From: Mobula birostris
Lineage: Eukaryota
Direction: 5' to 3'
Assembly: GCF_030028105.1 (NCBI RefSeq)
Contig: NC_092379.1
Location: 26,343,821-26,407,820, forward strand
Length of the DNA: 64,000 nt
Positions 1-13,150 of this stretch are shown here, piece by piece. The notes below the pieces were generated by a model. That model searched no databases and was not told where the DNA came from. It worked only from the letters and a program-made list of their open reading frames with translations. Position 1 is the first letter of the stretch. Every line of letters begins with the position of its first letter. Made by a program: the position numbers and the translations under genes.

Positions 1-760
1 TGAGGTGCTGCTTCTCAGTTTTCCCTCCTAACTCTCCATTTTTTTTTCAGAACTTCCTCCTGTTATTTTCTTTTTTTCCTATGTCGTTGATACCAAATGG
101 TACCCCTACTTCTGGCTACTCAGAATCCTTTTTCAGTATATTCTGGACGCGTCTAGATACATTTATGACCGGACGACCCATGAAGAAAACTGCCCTCCAC
201 GTTTTCCTTTTTCGTCCACAGATTCCCGTATCCGACACCTGATAATACTGTCCACTGTTACTGCTGCTATCATGTTCAGTTCCTTACTCTTCTGTGCCAC
301 AGGGCCAAAGTCACTGTGAGAAGTACGGCCGCTGTTGTTGTACCCTGATAAGCAGTTCCCCCCAAACAATACTCAAAATGGATAACTTATCGTTGAAGGA
401 GGCGGCCACAGGTGTGCTCAGCGCTATCTGGTTTTATCTCTTCCCACTCCTGACAATCACATTTACCGATCTCCTGTTGAGTTGGTGTGACTCCTGGTCC
501 TGTCTATCACTATTTCACTTTCCCTAACAAGGCGAAGGTCACGCAGCTACAGGTCCAGTTCCCGCATACGGACTGTACCGATCTGCATTTCGATGCACCT
601 GGCGCAGATATAGACATCGGAACAGCTGGAGTGCTCCTGAAATTACAACAACTGACACACAGAACAGAACACTGGCCTTGTTGACATACCCACTTTTCTC
701 TATATAGTTGAATAAGAAAGAAGGAATGAGCTTACATATCCTCCACCTGTACTGGACGAA
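1..760 (-). mobile_element. Decayed CR1 LINE ORF1 region (zinc-finger/coiled-coil followed by SGNH esterase-like domain)
   Basis: Minus-strand AAVTVDSIIR...VQNIL resembles the better-preserved ORF1 at 60285-61192 (IGDSIFRG...VQVIL); broken by stops and frameshifts. Confidence 0.6.
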
Positions 761-957
761 ACTTTTTTGAGTCACAAACCGTACAACTCTGCGTCACGCT
801 GTTCCCACAACGTCCACTTCGCTGTTATGTACCTCGTTTTCTATACTGGGATCCCCGTCGAAAATCTTTGTCGATCCTGAGCGGGCACCCTCCTGTTGGT
901 TAAGCGCAGTACTCCAATCAACGACTCCTGTCGAAAAGCTTGCTGCTTTTAAAATCT

Positions 958-1235
958 ATGACACAAAATAATCTGCAGATGCTGGGATCAAAGTAACACT
1001 CAAAACACGCTGGAGGACCTCAGCAGGTTTGGGCAGCATCGGTGGAAACGATGAGTCGACGTTTCGGGCAGGAAACATCCGTCAGGACTGAAGAGGAAAA
1101 GGGCAGAGGCCCTATAAAGAAAGTAGGCGACAGTTGGAGGGAGAAGGCTGGTAGGCTCAGTTGAAAAAACAGTAATTTGAAAGAAAAAGGGGTGGGGGAG
1201 TGGAAGCGGGGAGGTTATAGACAGGAAAACAGTGG
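958..1235 (-). mobile_element. Penelope-like element terminal repeat fragment
   Basis: Sequence cacaaaataatctgcagatgctggg...gacgtttcggg is the reverse complement of the terminal repeat family that ends the Penelope ORF at 29570-29915; also seen at 2643-3420 and 44470-44890. Confidence 0.6.
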
Positions 1236-2290
1236 GTAGCAGAGGATTGCTTCTCCGACTGGAGGCCTGTGACTAGTGGTATGCCACAGGGATCAGTGTT
1301 GTGTCCACTGTTATTTGTCATCTATATTAATGACCTGGATTATAATATGGTAAATTGGATCAGAAAATGTGCTGATGATACAAAGAGTGGAGGTGTAGTG
1401 GACACTGAGGAAAGTTTTCAAAGCTTGCAGAGCGATGTCGACCAGCTGGAAAAAAATGGGCTGAAAAATGGCAGATTGAGTCTAATTAAGACAATAGTGA
1501 GGTATTGCACTTTAGAAGGACAGACCAAGGTCCAACATACAGGGTAAATGGTAAGGCACTGAGGAGTGCAGCAGAACAGAGGGATCTGGGAATACAGATA
1601 CAAAATTTCCTAAAAGTGGCGTCACCGGTAGATATGGTCGTAAAGACTGCTTTTGGTACATTGGCCTTTATTAATCAAAGTATTGAGTATAAGATCTGGA
1701 ATGTTATGATGAGGTTTTATAAGGCATTGGTGAGGCCGAATCTGGAGTATTGTGTTCAGTTTTGTTCAGCAACTTACAGGAAGGATATTAATAAGGTTGA
1801 ACGAGTGCAGAAAAGTTTTACAAAGATGTTGCCGGGACCTCAGAAACTCAGTTACAGAGAATGGTTGAACAGGTTAGGACTTTATTCCCTGGAGCGAAGC
1901 AGAATGAGCGAAGTTTAGATGGAGGTATGTATAATCATAATGGGTATAGATAGAGTGATTGCAAGCAGACTTTTCCACTGAGGCAAGGGGAGAAAAACAA
2001 AAACAACACCAACAACGGGACATGGGTTAAGGGTGAAGGGGGAAAAGTTTAAAGGGAACATGGGGGGTGGGATTGCTTCTTCACACAGAGAGTGGTGATA
2101 GTGTGTAATGAGCTACCAGACGAGCTGGTAAATGCGGGTTATTTTTTAACATTTAAGATTAATTTGGACAGATACATGGATGGGAGGTGTATGGAGGGAT
2201 ATGGTTCGTGTGTAGGTTAGTGGGCTAGGCAGAAAATTGTTCGGTTCAACCAAGAAGGGCCAAAAGGCCTGTTTCTGTGCTGTTTTTTTT
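1236..2290 (+). mobile_element. 5'-truncated CR1 LINE (RT C-terminus and 3' UTR)
   Basis: ORFs 1269-1547 and 1505-1918: [44 protein letters not shown]; CR1 3' UTR follows. Confidence 0.9.
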
Positions 2291-2299
2291 TTTCCTGTG

Positions 2300-5200
2300 G
2301 TTTCAAATTTGACTTTAACGACAACATCGAACCTGCCTGAACCTCTTCTGCTGGAAGCTCGTTCCACACAGCTAACACTTTCTGAGTAAATAAGTTCCCT
2401 CTCATGTTACCGTTAAAATTTGCCCTTTAACTCGAAACTCATGTCCTCTTGTTTGAATCTCCCCCATTCTCAATGGAAAATGCCTATCCATGTCAACTCT
2501 AGAAATCCCCCTCAAAATTTTAAACACCTCTATCAAGTTCCCCCTCAACCTTCTACGCTCCAAAGAATAAAGACCTAACTTGTTCAACCCTTGCCTGTAA
2601 CTTTGGAATTGAAACCCAGGCAACAAGTTAGTAAATCTCCGCTGCAACACTCACAACACGCTGGAGAAACTCAGCAGGTCGGCCAGCATCCGTGGAAACG
2701 ATCAGTCGACGTTTCGGGCCGGAACCCTTCGTCAGGACTGTAGGGGGAAGAGGCAGAGACCCCATAAAGAAGGTGGGGGAGGGTGGGAAGGAGAAGGCTG
2801 CTAGGTTCCAGGTGAAAAACCATTAAGGGGAAAGATAAACGGGTGGGGGAAAGAAGGCAGGGAGGTGATAGGCAGGAATGTTGAAGAAAGAATAGGGGAA
2901 AACACAATGGGTAGTAGAAGGAGGCGAAACCAAGAGGGAGGTGGTAGGCAGCTGGCGGAGGGGGCAGAGTGATATAGGGATAGGGGAAGGGAGGGGGAGG
3001 GAATTACCGGAAGCTGGAGAATTCTATGTTCATACCGTATCTTCCCCCATCCCTATGTCACTCTGCCCCCTCCCCCAGCGGCCTACCAGCTCCCTATTGG
3101 TTCCACCTCCTCCTACTACCCATTGTGTTTTCCCCTATTCTTTCTTCACCTTTCCTGCCTATCACCTCTCTGCCTCCCTTCCCCTACCCCTTTATCTTTC
3201 CCCTGACTGGTTTTCACCTGAACCCTACCAGCCTTCTCCTCCCACCCTACACCCACCTTCTTTTTAGGGCTTCTGACCCTTCCCCCAACAGTCCTAAAGA
3301 AGGGTTCCGGCCCGAAACGTCGACTGATCGTTTCCACGGATACTGCCCTCCCTGCTGAGTTCCTCCAGTGTGCTGTGAGTGTTGCTTTGACCCCAGCATC
3401 TGCAGATTATTTTGTGTTTAGTTATTCTCCTCTGTACTCTCTCAATGTTATAGAATTATTTTCTATAATTTCGTGACCAGAACTGTACACAATACTCCAT
3501 ATTTGGCCTTACCAATGCCTTATACAATTTCAACATTGCATCCCAACTCCCATACTCAATGCTCTGATTAATAAAGGCCAGCAGAACAAAACCTTTCCTC
3601 GCCACCCTATCCACATAAGATTGCACCTTCAGGGAACTATGCACCATTATTCATAGATCCCTCTGTTCTACAGCATTCTTCAGTGCCCTACCATTTACCA
3701 TTTATGCCCTATTTTGATTAGTCCTACCAAAATGTAGCACCTCACATTTTTTTCAGCATTAAACTCCATCTCCCTCCTTTCAGCCCATTCTTCTATCTGG
3801 CCTAAATCTCTCTGCAAGCTTTGAAAACCTACTACATTAACCACCAAGCCACCTATCTTAGTATCATCTGCATACTTACTAATCCAATTTACCACAACCC
3901 CATCATCCAGATCATTAACATATATGACAAACAACATTCGACCCAGTACAGATCCCTGAGGCACATCGCTGAACGCCATCCTCCAATCTGACACAGAGTA
4001 ATCCGCCACTACTCTCTGGCGACTCCCACCCAGCCACTGCCGAATCCATTTTACTACTTCGATATTAATGCCTAACGATTGAACCTCCCGAACTAAACTT
4101 CCCTGTGGATCCCTGTCAAAGGCCTTACTGAAGTCCATGTAACAAACCTCCACGTCTTTACCCTTGCCGACTTTCCTGGTAAACTCATCAAAAAAATCAA
4201 TAAGATTTGTCAAACATAACCTTCCACGTACAAATCCATGTTGTCTGTCCCAATCAGGCATTGTCTATTCAGATAATTATATTTACCATGTCTAATAATG
4301 CTAGCCCTCAATTTACCCACCACTGACGTCAAACTCACAGGCCGATAATTCCTAGGTTTACTCTTAGAACCCCTTTTAAACAATGGAACCGCATGAGAAA
4401 TACGCCAATCCTCCAGCAACATCCCCGTTTCTAATGACATTTGAAAGATTTCTTTCAGAGCACCTGCTATTTCCACACTAACTTCCCTCAAGGTCGATGG
4501 GAATACCTTGTCCGGACCCGGAGACTTATTCACTTTTATATTCCTTAAAAGCGCCATTACTTCCTCTTCCTTAATCGTCATACTTTCCATAACTACCCTT
4601 CTTGTTTCCTTTACCTTACACAGTTCAATATCCTTCTCTCTAGTGAATACCGAAGAAAAGAAATCGTGCAGAATCTCCCCCATCTCTTTTGGCTTTGCAC
4701 ATAGCCGTCCACTCTGATTCTCTAAGGGGCCAATTTTATCCCTCACTATCATTTTGCTATTAACATAACTGTAGAAACCCTTTGGATTTATCGTCACCTT
4801 ACTTGCCAAAGCAGCCTCGTATCTTATTTTAGCTTTTCTAGTTTCTTTCTTGAGACTTTTTTTCACAATTTTATATTCCTCTAGGTCCTCATTAACTCCA
4901 AGCTGCCTATATTTATTGTAGATCCCTCTCTTTTTTTTTCCGAACCAAGTTTCCTATATCCCTTGAAAACCATGGCCCTCTCAAAATCTTAACCTTTCCT
5001 TTCAACATAACAGAAACATAAAGTTCCTATACGCTCAAAATTTGCCCTTTAAGTGACCTCGATTTCTCTATTATATTCTTCCCATAAAACAAACTGTCCC
5101 AATCCACTCCTTTTAAACATTTCTCATCTACTCAAATTTAGCCTTTCTCCAATTAAAAATCTCAAACCTGGGTTCAGCCCTACCCTTCGCCATAACTATA

Positions 5201-7180
5201 TTGACACTAATGTTATCGTGATCATTGGACCCGAAGTGCTCTCTAACACATGCCTCCGTCACCTGCCCTATCGCATTCCTAACAGGACATCCAACATTGC
5301 CCCTTCTCTAGTTGGTACTTCTATGTATTGCTGCAAGAAACACTATCTTGCACACACCTGACAAACTCCAAATCATCTAGCCCTTTTACACAATGGGCTT
5401 TCCATTCTATGTGTGGAAAATTAAAATTTCCTACAATCACACACTTGTGCTTACTACAAGTATCTGCTATCTCCTTACAAATTTGCTCCTCCGGTTCTCG
5501 GTCCCCATTAGCTGGTCTATAATACACCCCTATAAGCGTCACTACAGTTTTCCTATTCCTCAATTTCACCCACATAGCCTACCTGGACGAGTCCACTAAT
5601 TTATCCTATTAGAGCACAGCTGTTATGTTTTCTCTGACAAACAATGCAGCGCCTCCCCCTCTTGCCCCTCCTATTTTATCACGCCTGACGCAAGGAAATC
5701 CTGGGATATTTAGTTGCCAATCATACCACTCCTGTAACCATGTTTCACTAATAGTCACAACATCATATTTCCAGGTATCAATTTATGCTGTAAGCTCATC
5801 CACTTTTCTTACAATGCCCCTAGCATTAAAATAGATGCACTTAAATAACTCTTTACCTCCTTCTCTCTGTTTCTCCTTAATGGAGCAAACAACTTTGTTA
5901 TCTTTTTCTTCCTTGTCCCCTACATCTTTGGTCTGAGTGTTCCTAATCTATGCCCCCTGTCTATCCTCCCCCACGCACTGTCTACAAGCTTTCGCTGTTT
6001 ATGGTCTAACCTCCTCTCTCCTAGTCTCTTTAATTTGATTCCCACCCCCCCAACTATTCTTGTTTAATGTCACCTCAGTAGCCCTCGCAAATCTCTCTGC
6101 CAGGATATTGGTCCCCCTAGGATTCAAGTGTAACCTATCCTTTTTGCACAGGTCACATCTGCGCCAAAAGAGGCCCCAATGATCCAAAAATATGAATCCC
6201 TGTCCCCTGCTCCAATCCCTCAGCCCCACATTCATCCTCCACCCTACTGCATTCCGACTCTCATTGTCGCGTAGCACTGGCTGTAATCCCGAGATTACTA
6301 CCTTTGCCCTCCTTTTTCTCAACTCCCTTCTTAACTCCCTATATTCTCCTTTCAGGACTCCTCCCGTTTTCCTAACTATGTCACTGGTACCTAAATGTAC
6401 CACGACGTCTGGCTCCTCTCCATCAGAATTTGGGATATCTTGGACGCGATCAGAAAAAAATCCCCGACTCTGGAACCAATGAGGCAAACTGCCATCCGTG
6501 TCTTCGGAGTGCGTCCACAGAATCGCCTATCTAACCCCCTAACTATCGAGTTCCATATTACTACGTCCGACCTCTTCGTTTTCCGACCCTTCTGAGCTAC
6601 AGTGCCGGACTCTGTGCCGGAGACAAGGGCACTGTTGCTTCCCCCGGTAAGATTCCGCCTCCCCCCCCCAACAGTTCTTAAACAGGTCTACGTATTGTCA
6701 AGGGGCACATCCACTGGGGTACTATCTATTACGGGTCTCTTGCTCTTCCCCCTCCTAACGGTGACCGACTTTTCTGTCTCCCGTGACCCATGTGTGACCA
6801 CCTGCCTGTAAATCTTCTCTATCAACTCCTCCCTCTCCCTGGTCAGACGAAGTTAATCGAGCTGCAGCTCGAGTTCTCTAACGCGGTCTCTTAGGAGCTG
6901 CATCTAGGCTCACATGGCGAGATGTGGAGGTCAGGGAGGCTGGGAGACTCCAGGACCTCCCACATCCGGAACTGAGGACAACAAGCTGTCTTCACACTCA
7001 TACTTACCCCTCTTCTCAAATAACAACAAACAAATGAATACCAAACCTTCCTCGCCTCTCCTGTTTCTGCCTAAGCCCGTTGAGCCAAAGCCCTTAAGCC
7101 TTCACTCTGCTCCCAGCTCACTCCGCTGCCCACTGTATAAGGCCCTGTTCCTTTTAAATCTTCAGTGTTGGCATGGTGTT
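2300..7180 (-). mobile_element. Near full-length decayed CR1 LINE (5' UTR, ORF1 esterase, APE, RT), interrupted by a Penelope inverted repeat
   Basis: Minus ORFs: 5999-6487 (PDVVVHLGT, LHLNPRGT, ORF1), 5321-5575 (IVGNFNFPHIEW, APE), 4210-4866 and 3695-4261 (YMDFSKAFD, PQGSVLG, YADDTK, RT), 3456-3647, 2402-2650. Its 5' UTR at ~7000-7150 resembles 61300-61400. Confidence 0.9.
2643..3420. mobile_element. Inverted pair of Penelope-like terminal repeats inserted in a CR1
   Basis: 2643-2985 is the reverse complement of ~3047-3385 (e.g. gatcagtcgacgtttcgggccggaaccc vs gggttccggcccgaaacgtcgactgatc). CR1 sequence resumes on both sides with similar junctions gtaaatctccgctgca / gttattctcctctgta. Confidence 0.8.
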
Positions 7181-8898
7181 ACGTAATATTCCGGCAGGTT
7201 TGTAGTTCATTGTTCAGCATTGTTCAGAGCTGTGCCTTAAACAAGTAACAATCTAATATGGCAGATTTACTTTGCTTTCCCAGATGATATCCATGTGGTT
7301 ATATCATATAATATACCATTCGGATCAGGCGTTGTTCTACTTCGCCTTATCTCTCACCCGTGCATACCAAAGTCCTCGTTAAATTTTCAATTAGTTTCTT
7401 GCACTAGATTGATTTTTTTCTGACTTTCTCCATTCTTGACACAACATGGTATGAAAGAATAAAAAAACATGTATTCCTTAACAAAGCGTTTGAACATGGC
7501 TAGAATGAAGAACACATAAAACTGCCTCTAGAACTGTGATATTACCGGTCACATCAGTATATCACTTCTCAGTAAACCTGCTCATTTCAGACCGTGTTTG
7601 ATGAATATATGTTCTTTAAATGTATTAAGGTTGATTACAATAATATCTAGCATTACGTTTTGTTGGAATGGTGTAGCGAAGACTCAATCCAAAGTTCAGA
7701 CATCGTACCTACGACAACACAATGAAAACCGCACATTGGCAATGGTAAAGCTCAGATAACAAAATGCATATACCATATACCCATGGTTGGATTACAAAGA
7801 ACGTAAATATAGATTTCATGAAACAATCATATGCAAAGTTACAGCCACGATGAAGTTAAGAGCAACCAATGCATTATAATTTTGAAAATCTGCGGACACT
7901 TGTGATCAAATTGTAGCAGGAAAAGGGTACTGTTGCCAGGATCTAAATTCTCCCTGAACTCATGAATTCACAAGGGTGTTGTCGCGTTTAGAAAATTACA
8001 ATGATATATGACGATTGGGCCTGCTTGCCTGCAGCGTCTAGAAATGTAGAGTAAACACACGGAACTCTATCAGATAAGGTCGGATAAAACGAAATGTCGT
8101 GAAAATACATTTGCATTACTTGCACATCTTGGATGAAAAGGAAGAAAGTGTACTATTAAGTTATGAGAAACATGCTTAAAGGAGAACTGCAACACAAATG
8201 TTTTTTTTTTATATATCTGCAAACGGCGTGGTTGATATCTCTAACTCACAATCAGTGATAGTGATATAAACGGGCGCAATTACCGTAGATTGGGTGGTAA
8301 GTTTGACAACGGACAGAAGGTGTATATAGAACGTCGGAAGATGGAATTGAAATGGATGACATAAACATGTTTATCCGTTCATGATGGGCTGACGTTGTCC
8401 ATTTCCTTAAGGTAGCTTGTTTGAACTCTAAGAATCACGACATGTGCTCAGTTCGTTTTTGTACAATGAAATATTGAAACAATCTGAAGCCAACGTAGAA
8501 TGATGTAAAAGTATAGAACATGATCTGTGCAATTATTTATTCAACATAGTCACCGATGGTTGGTTTTCCTCCTAATGACAGCAACAACCCACTAGCTTTG
8601 GACTTTATATATATATGAAAAATCAACTCCGTTTTTTTCAGTACGAGATCATATGAAGTAATTTCTGATCCTCCCACCTTTGCCTTTGAGTCTTACATGC
8701 AGCTGAACTTTTGATCTGAGGAACGAACTTATGTGCGGTCTCGTCCAATCTGTCAACTTTCAGATGATTGGCTGTGTTGAGGAAAAAAAAATATGCAGTA
8801 CAGGATTGCAAAGATTAAGAAACGGATTTAATGGGGACTTTAAGAAACAAAGAGTTTCGTTACAATCGTTACAAATCCACAGTGAACAGACTACAAGC

Positions 8899-10429
8899 AT
8901 GCAGGTCCTATATTTGTTTCTTCTTATTTTTTTTGCTGCAGCTGTTCTAATCGGTAAGTTCGTAAACATTTTGATAATCGTCTTCCTCGTCGGGCAGTAC
9001 AGGATAATTTATCAATGAATGCTAATAATGGCAATATTGACTTTGACAGAACAGGATTTAGGATTACGAAAGTAATATGGATCCAAATCTCCGGCAAGTG
9101 GTAATAAAATGCTTAATGTGTATTGCGAGGCCAACAACAGGCGAATACGCGTCACTCCTTGGCGGGGAAGCATTTTCTTTGTTGTCCTGCTGAGATGGAA
9201 TAGGGACGAGAGCTCGCTAATGGAGGCTGTTGGAAGTTCTTACAAAAAGATAAATGTGTTTAGCCTTTTCTGCCATCTCTGCTACTTTATACGGGAGTAA
9301 TACTTCGACGTCACACTGTAATCCCAATCAATTGTCCCCAGACAGTACTAAGCACCATGGTGTGCTTCGGATGTATGCGAGCAGAATATTGATATTCTTT
9401 GATTATTTATTCAAATTATTTTTGACAATAACAGGACATTCCCGAGGCGATGGCGTTCATCAGTCAGCTGCTGTCACCACTGTTGCGGAAGGGGAAGTTG
9501 CAGTGCTAAACTGTAGCTATAAAACTGCAATCACGGACAGCCCTGTATTAATCTGTTACCGACCGTAACTCAAAGGTTCTCTGGAGTGTCTGCTGTTCCG
9601 TACGAAATCCGGCGGCCACCGAGAGCATATTCTCAGGCAACGTTTCACGGCACAGCTGCATGATTCGAGCGGAACGGTCCCACAGACAGCATCCGAAATA
9701 TACCTTGGAGACACTGCCATGGTGAGGCCGAACCTGGAGTATTGAGTTCAGTTTTGGTCACCAAATTACAGGAAGGCTATAAATAAGGTTGAAAGAGTGC
9801 AGAGAAGGCTTACAAGGATGTTGCCGGGACTTGAGAAACTCAGTTACAGAGAAAGGTTGAATAGGTTTGGACTTTATTCCCTGGAGCGTAGAAGAATGAG
9901 GGGGGATTTGATAGAGGTATATAATATTATAATGCGTATAGATAGAGTGAATGCAAGTAGGCTTTTTCCACAGAGGCAAGGGGAGAAAAAAAAAACAGAG
10001 GACATGGGTTTAGGGTGAGGGGGGAAACGTTTAAAGGGAACATTAGAGGGGGCTTCTTCACACAGAGAGTGGTGGGAGTATGGAATGAGCTGCCAGAGGA
10101 GGTGGCAAATACGTTTTTTTTAACATTTAAGAATAAATTGGACAGATACATGGATGGGAGGTGTATGGAGGGATATGGTCCATGTGCAGGTCAGTGGGAC
10201 TAGGCAGAAAATGGTTCGGCACAGCCATGAAGGTCCAAAAGGCCTGTTTCGGTGCTGTATTTTCTATGGTTTCTATGGTTTCTATGGAGGGTTATGGGCT
10301 GAGTACAGGTCAGTGGGACTAGGTGAGACTAAGAGTTCGGCACGGACTAGAAGGGCCGAGATGGCCTGTTTCCATGCTGTAATTGTTAGATGGTTATATG
10401 GTTTATATGTATTACGGTGCTCTGAGGCT
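8899..10429 (+). pseudogene. T-cell receptor alpha/delta-type V segment pseudogene, split by a CR1 insertion
   Basis: Leader exon 8899-8953 MQVLYLFLLIFFAAAVLI/G with GTAAGT donor; acceptor AG 9433-9434. V exon from 9435: GHSRGDGVHQSAAVTTVAEGEVAVLNCSYKTAITDSPVLICYRP*LKGSLECLLFRTKSGGHREHILRQRFTAQLHDSSGTVPQTASEIYLGDTAM, then after the LINE (M)YYGALR at 10407-10427. C23 is intact (9512); W41 is mutated to C (9554); there is a stop at 9566; C104 is mutated to G. Confidence 0.9.
9719..10406 (+). mobile_element. CR1 3' fragment(s) inserted into the V exon
   Basis: RPNLEY, ORF 9797-10018 LYSLERRRMRGDLIEVY, 3' UTR and (ttctatggt)n tail at ~10260-10285. A second short CR1-type 3' end follows to 10406. 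ATG is present at both junctions. Confidence 0.9.
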
Positions 10430-10468
10430 CACAGGGGTATAGAACTAGTCTGAATCTGGACAATAACT
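10430..10468 (+). promoter_or_regulatory. 23-bp-spacer recombination signal sequence (RSS)
   Basis: Heptamer CACAGGG (10430-10436), exactly 23 nt spacer, nonamer ACAATAACT (10460-10468); consensus CACAGTG-23-ACAAAAACC. Confidence 0.85.
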
Positions 10469-10876
10469 ACTTGAGTTCTCTACCGGCAGCTGAATGCAAC
10501 TGCGGTTTCTCAGCGTCTGTATATCCTTGGACGTCCTGACATACACCCAAATAACAATATATTTGCTGAGATTATTATCCAATAGATTGTGTCACCTTAA
10601 TCATACTACTGCCAAATCCGTTCCAATGCGCATACGGCTACCAAAAATTCGTCTAAAATATTCATACGACAAAAGAAACAACAAAACCTTCGTCTTTTTT
10701 CGTCTTTTACATAAACACCGTCAAGTACAGGTATCGTTATCAGGAAAGGATTCGAGGTGCTTGCGAACGAGAATGAGGACGGGAAAAATATTTTTTTTTT
10801 TTCCGTGATGATCTGTGCCTGCGCGTTTATGCCTCAATATGTACATCTATCCCTCTCTCTCTCTCTCTCTCGCACG

Positions 10877-11181
10877 TACCGCACAGTCGCCCTAAATGAC
10901 TATCAGAAGGTCGTCCCTGCTCTGGTTTATTAAACCTGCGCCAACCTGCTTGCTGTAGTTGAAAGCTATCATCATTGTCATCACTGATTCCCCTACACCG
11001 CTCTGCCGCCTCCTGTCATGCTAAGGTGTTGGGTTTTCGATGATATTCTCCCTCTATACTGCGCCAAACGTTCTTTCTCTTGGAAGTTCTGTTTACGCCA
11101 TATGTTCAAATAAATTGAGAATATCTGTGTCCCGAAAATAGATTTCGTTCGGACAAGAACAGCATCATTCGAGACTAACAA
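10877..11181 (-). pseudogene. Decayed TCR V relic (inverted relative to the neighbouring V)
   Basis: After a TTACAG acceptor: DAVLVRTKSIFGTQIFSIYLN aligns in register with NAVTQTPSLEVKTEEVTVTLN of the intact V, and LAQYRGRISSKTQHL with LYWYRQRLEQSLEYI. gggcgactgtgcggta resembles gagcgactctgcagtt (SDSAV). The 3' end is lost in a (GA)n microsatellite. Confidence 0.5.
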
Positions 11182-11959
11182 CTGTAATATTTTTATTCCA
11201 TTATAACGTAGTTCATTTTGTTAAAATATGCATAATGCCTGTTTAAGTCAACTTATGTTTGTTAATGATGCTTACATGATTCTATGTGACTGTAATGCTG
11301 CTACCAGGTTTTATGTCAACTGCTTTTAACTTTTTTTTTATGTGAAGAAACTTGTCTTTGAACTTGCTCTGTTTTTACTGCATGTGTCCTGGAAGCTGGC
11401 ACGATAGGTTAGTTGAAACAAAATTAGATGATTTTTTTCGCAGCTCATTGATAGTGCAGTAATGTTCCAAAAGGAAGTTATATTACCATAGGTTGCGGTG
11501 CAAGTTTTGTTTAAATTTGCGATTTGATCTATTCAACTCTGAGATGAAGATTTTCGTGCGTATCGGGTCGTCCACGGAGACTCCAATGGGGAAGCATTAT
11601 AAAGATGTAAAGAGGGACGAATCAGATTCTCAGTGCTCACATCAGCTTTATAAACTCAGTTCTTCTTTAAATTTCGAAACATTGTGAATACCGGAAAGAA
11701 AGAGCACATGATTTATAGGAAATCGAGAAAATAACAGATTCAGCAAGATATGTGAGAAAACACAGTTGAAATTTGGATCACCTGTTGCAATAAGAGAACG
11801 TTCCCAGAAAAACGGTATTTACTGTTTCAGCATTTGATTGCATTTTTTATCAAATGATTTTCATTTCACGAGCATAATTCAGAAATAATTTTGAATGTGA
11901 AATGCAGCATAAAAGATCACAGCATATTGGGGAATCATCACGTTTCAGTCTTACTGCTT

Positions 11960-13150
11960 GGCGTTCCTCAGCCAGAAACGCAGACGGAACCCGCGTGAGG
12001 CATTCACTCCTGCACCGATACGTCAGAATCAGGAATAATATAGGAGTTCCTTGTCAATTAGATTGCCGTGGCTAATCGGAGATCAGACTGACTGGTGGGT
12101 CGTCCCGAGGCGAGGGCTGCTACTGAGCGCGATTCCTTCACTGGAGAGGTGACGGTTTTTTTTTTTTCTTCTTGTTACAACGGGTGGAAAATTTAGATAT
12201 ATGGAGCGGAAGTGTGACCATACAGGAAAATCTTCGGAAAATAAATCGGCGATTAATCAAACAGAGTAGAAAAGAGGTGAAACTACAGAGCGACTCAATA
12301 GGTGGACAGTCTGACGTTCCGGGGAGTTTACGTTCCTGTCTGTATATCAGCGGGCATGCTGAAGTATCAAAAACGATTCCACAACGTTTCGTAGGACCAA
12401 GCTATGTTAAATCCATACGGATTGAAGGTATTTATGTCACAACCATATTTGACACAAGGCGGCAAGTTGTTTGCTTGGCAGATCCTTTTACAACCAATAT
12501 TTCACGCATACATGTATATAATTGAAGCCAGTGCACTTGAAATTCTCGGGGTTCCTGCTGATGAGTATCCATACGATGGTTACTTATTGTTGAAGATGGA
12601 GTGTTCGCAAGCAGATGTTGGGGTAACTGAGATTATTGACAGTCCCGAAACTTATCATATTCCGCCCTGGATGGAGCACAGAGTGACAGGAACCCAAGAC
12701 CTTACTGGAATGTCCGAGGAATAGAAACTAAGTTCAGCCGAGAAGATGCGTTTGCAACCGAGGAGTCTGATGTTAGTTAATTCATGCGTACTTGCCACAC
12801 GACTGCAGCCACCGAGAAATGTCTAGTAGGGTACCATCAATGTTGATGAGGATGCTTAACAAAGTCGGTTTAAACTGACCGAAGATAAATTCGGTCGTAC
12901 GGCAGTGGGAACTCAGCCACCGGAAGCCATGAATGATCATCAGGGACGAAAACCTCTTGTAGAGGTGGACGGAAAGGGTGTTTGAATCTGTAGGACCAGA
13001 GAATGAGATAATGAGGTCTCATCGACTCCACAGGCCCCGGATAGTTTGGCGTATTAACGCAACGCGGGGATAGAGTGTTGCATCTATCCTAATGAGGTAT
13101 GCCAGTACTATTCACAAATTCATTGGTGTCCTGATATCACAAATTCATTT
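11960..13150 (+). mobile_element. Ty3/Gypsy LTR retrotransposon fragment (gag end, aspartic protease, start of RT)
   Basis: IRIEGIYVTTIFDTRRQV (D-T-G protease motif degraded) and DEYPYDGYLLLKMECSQADVGVTEII; same family as the minus-strand copy at 23-24 kb. Confidence 0.7.

Noticed and set aside
7291-7345. FGSG (J-like motif) after CCATGTG
   Set aside because: Heptamer 5/7, no nonamer, no T-x-L-x-V continuation and no splice donor.
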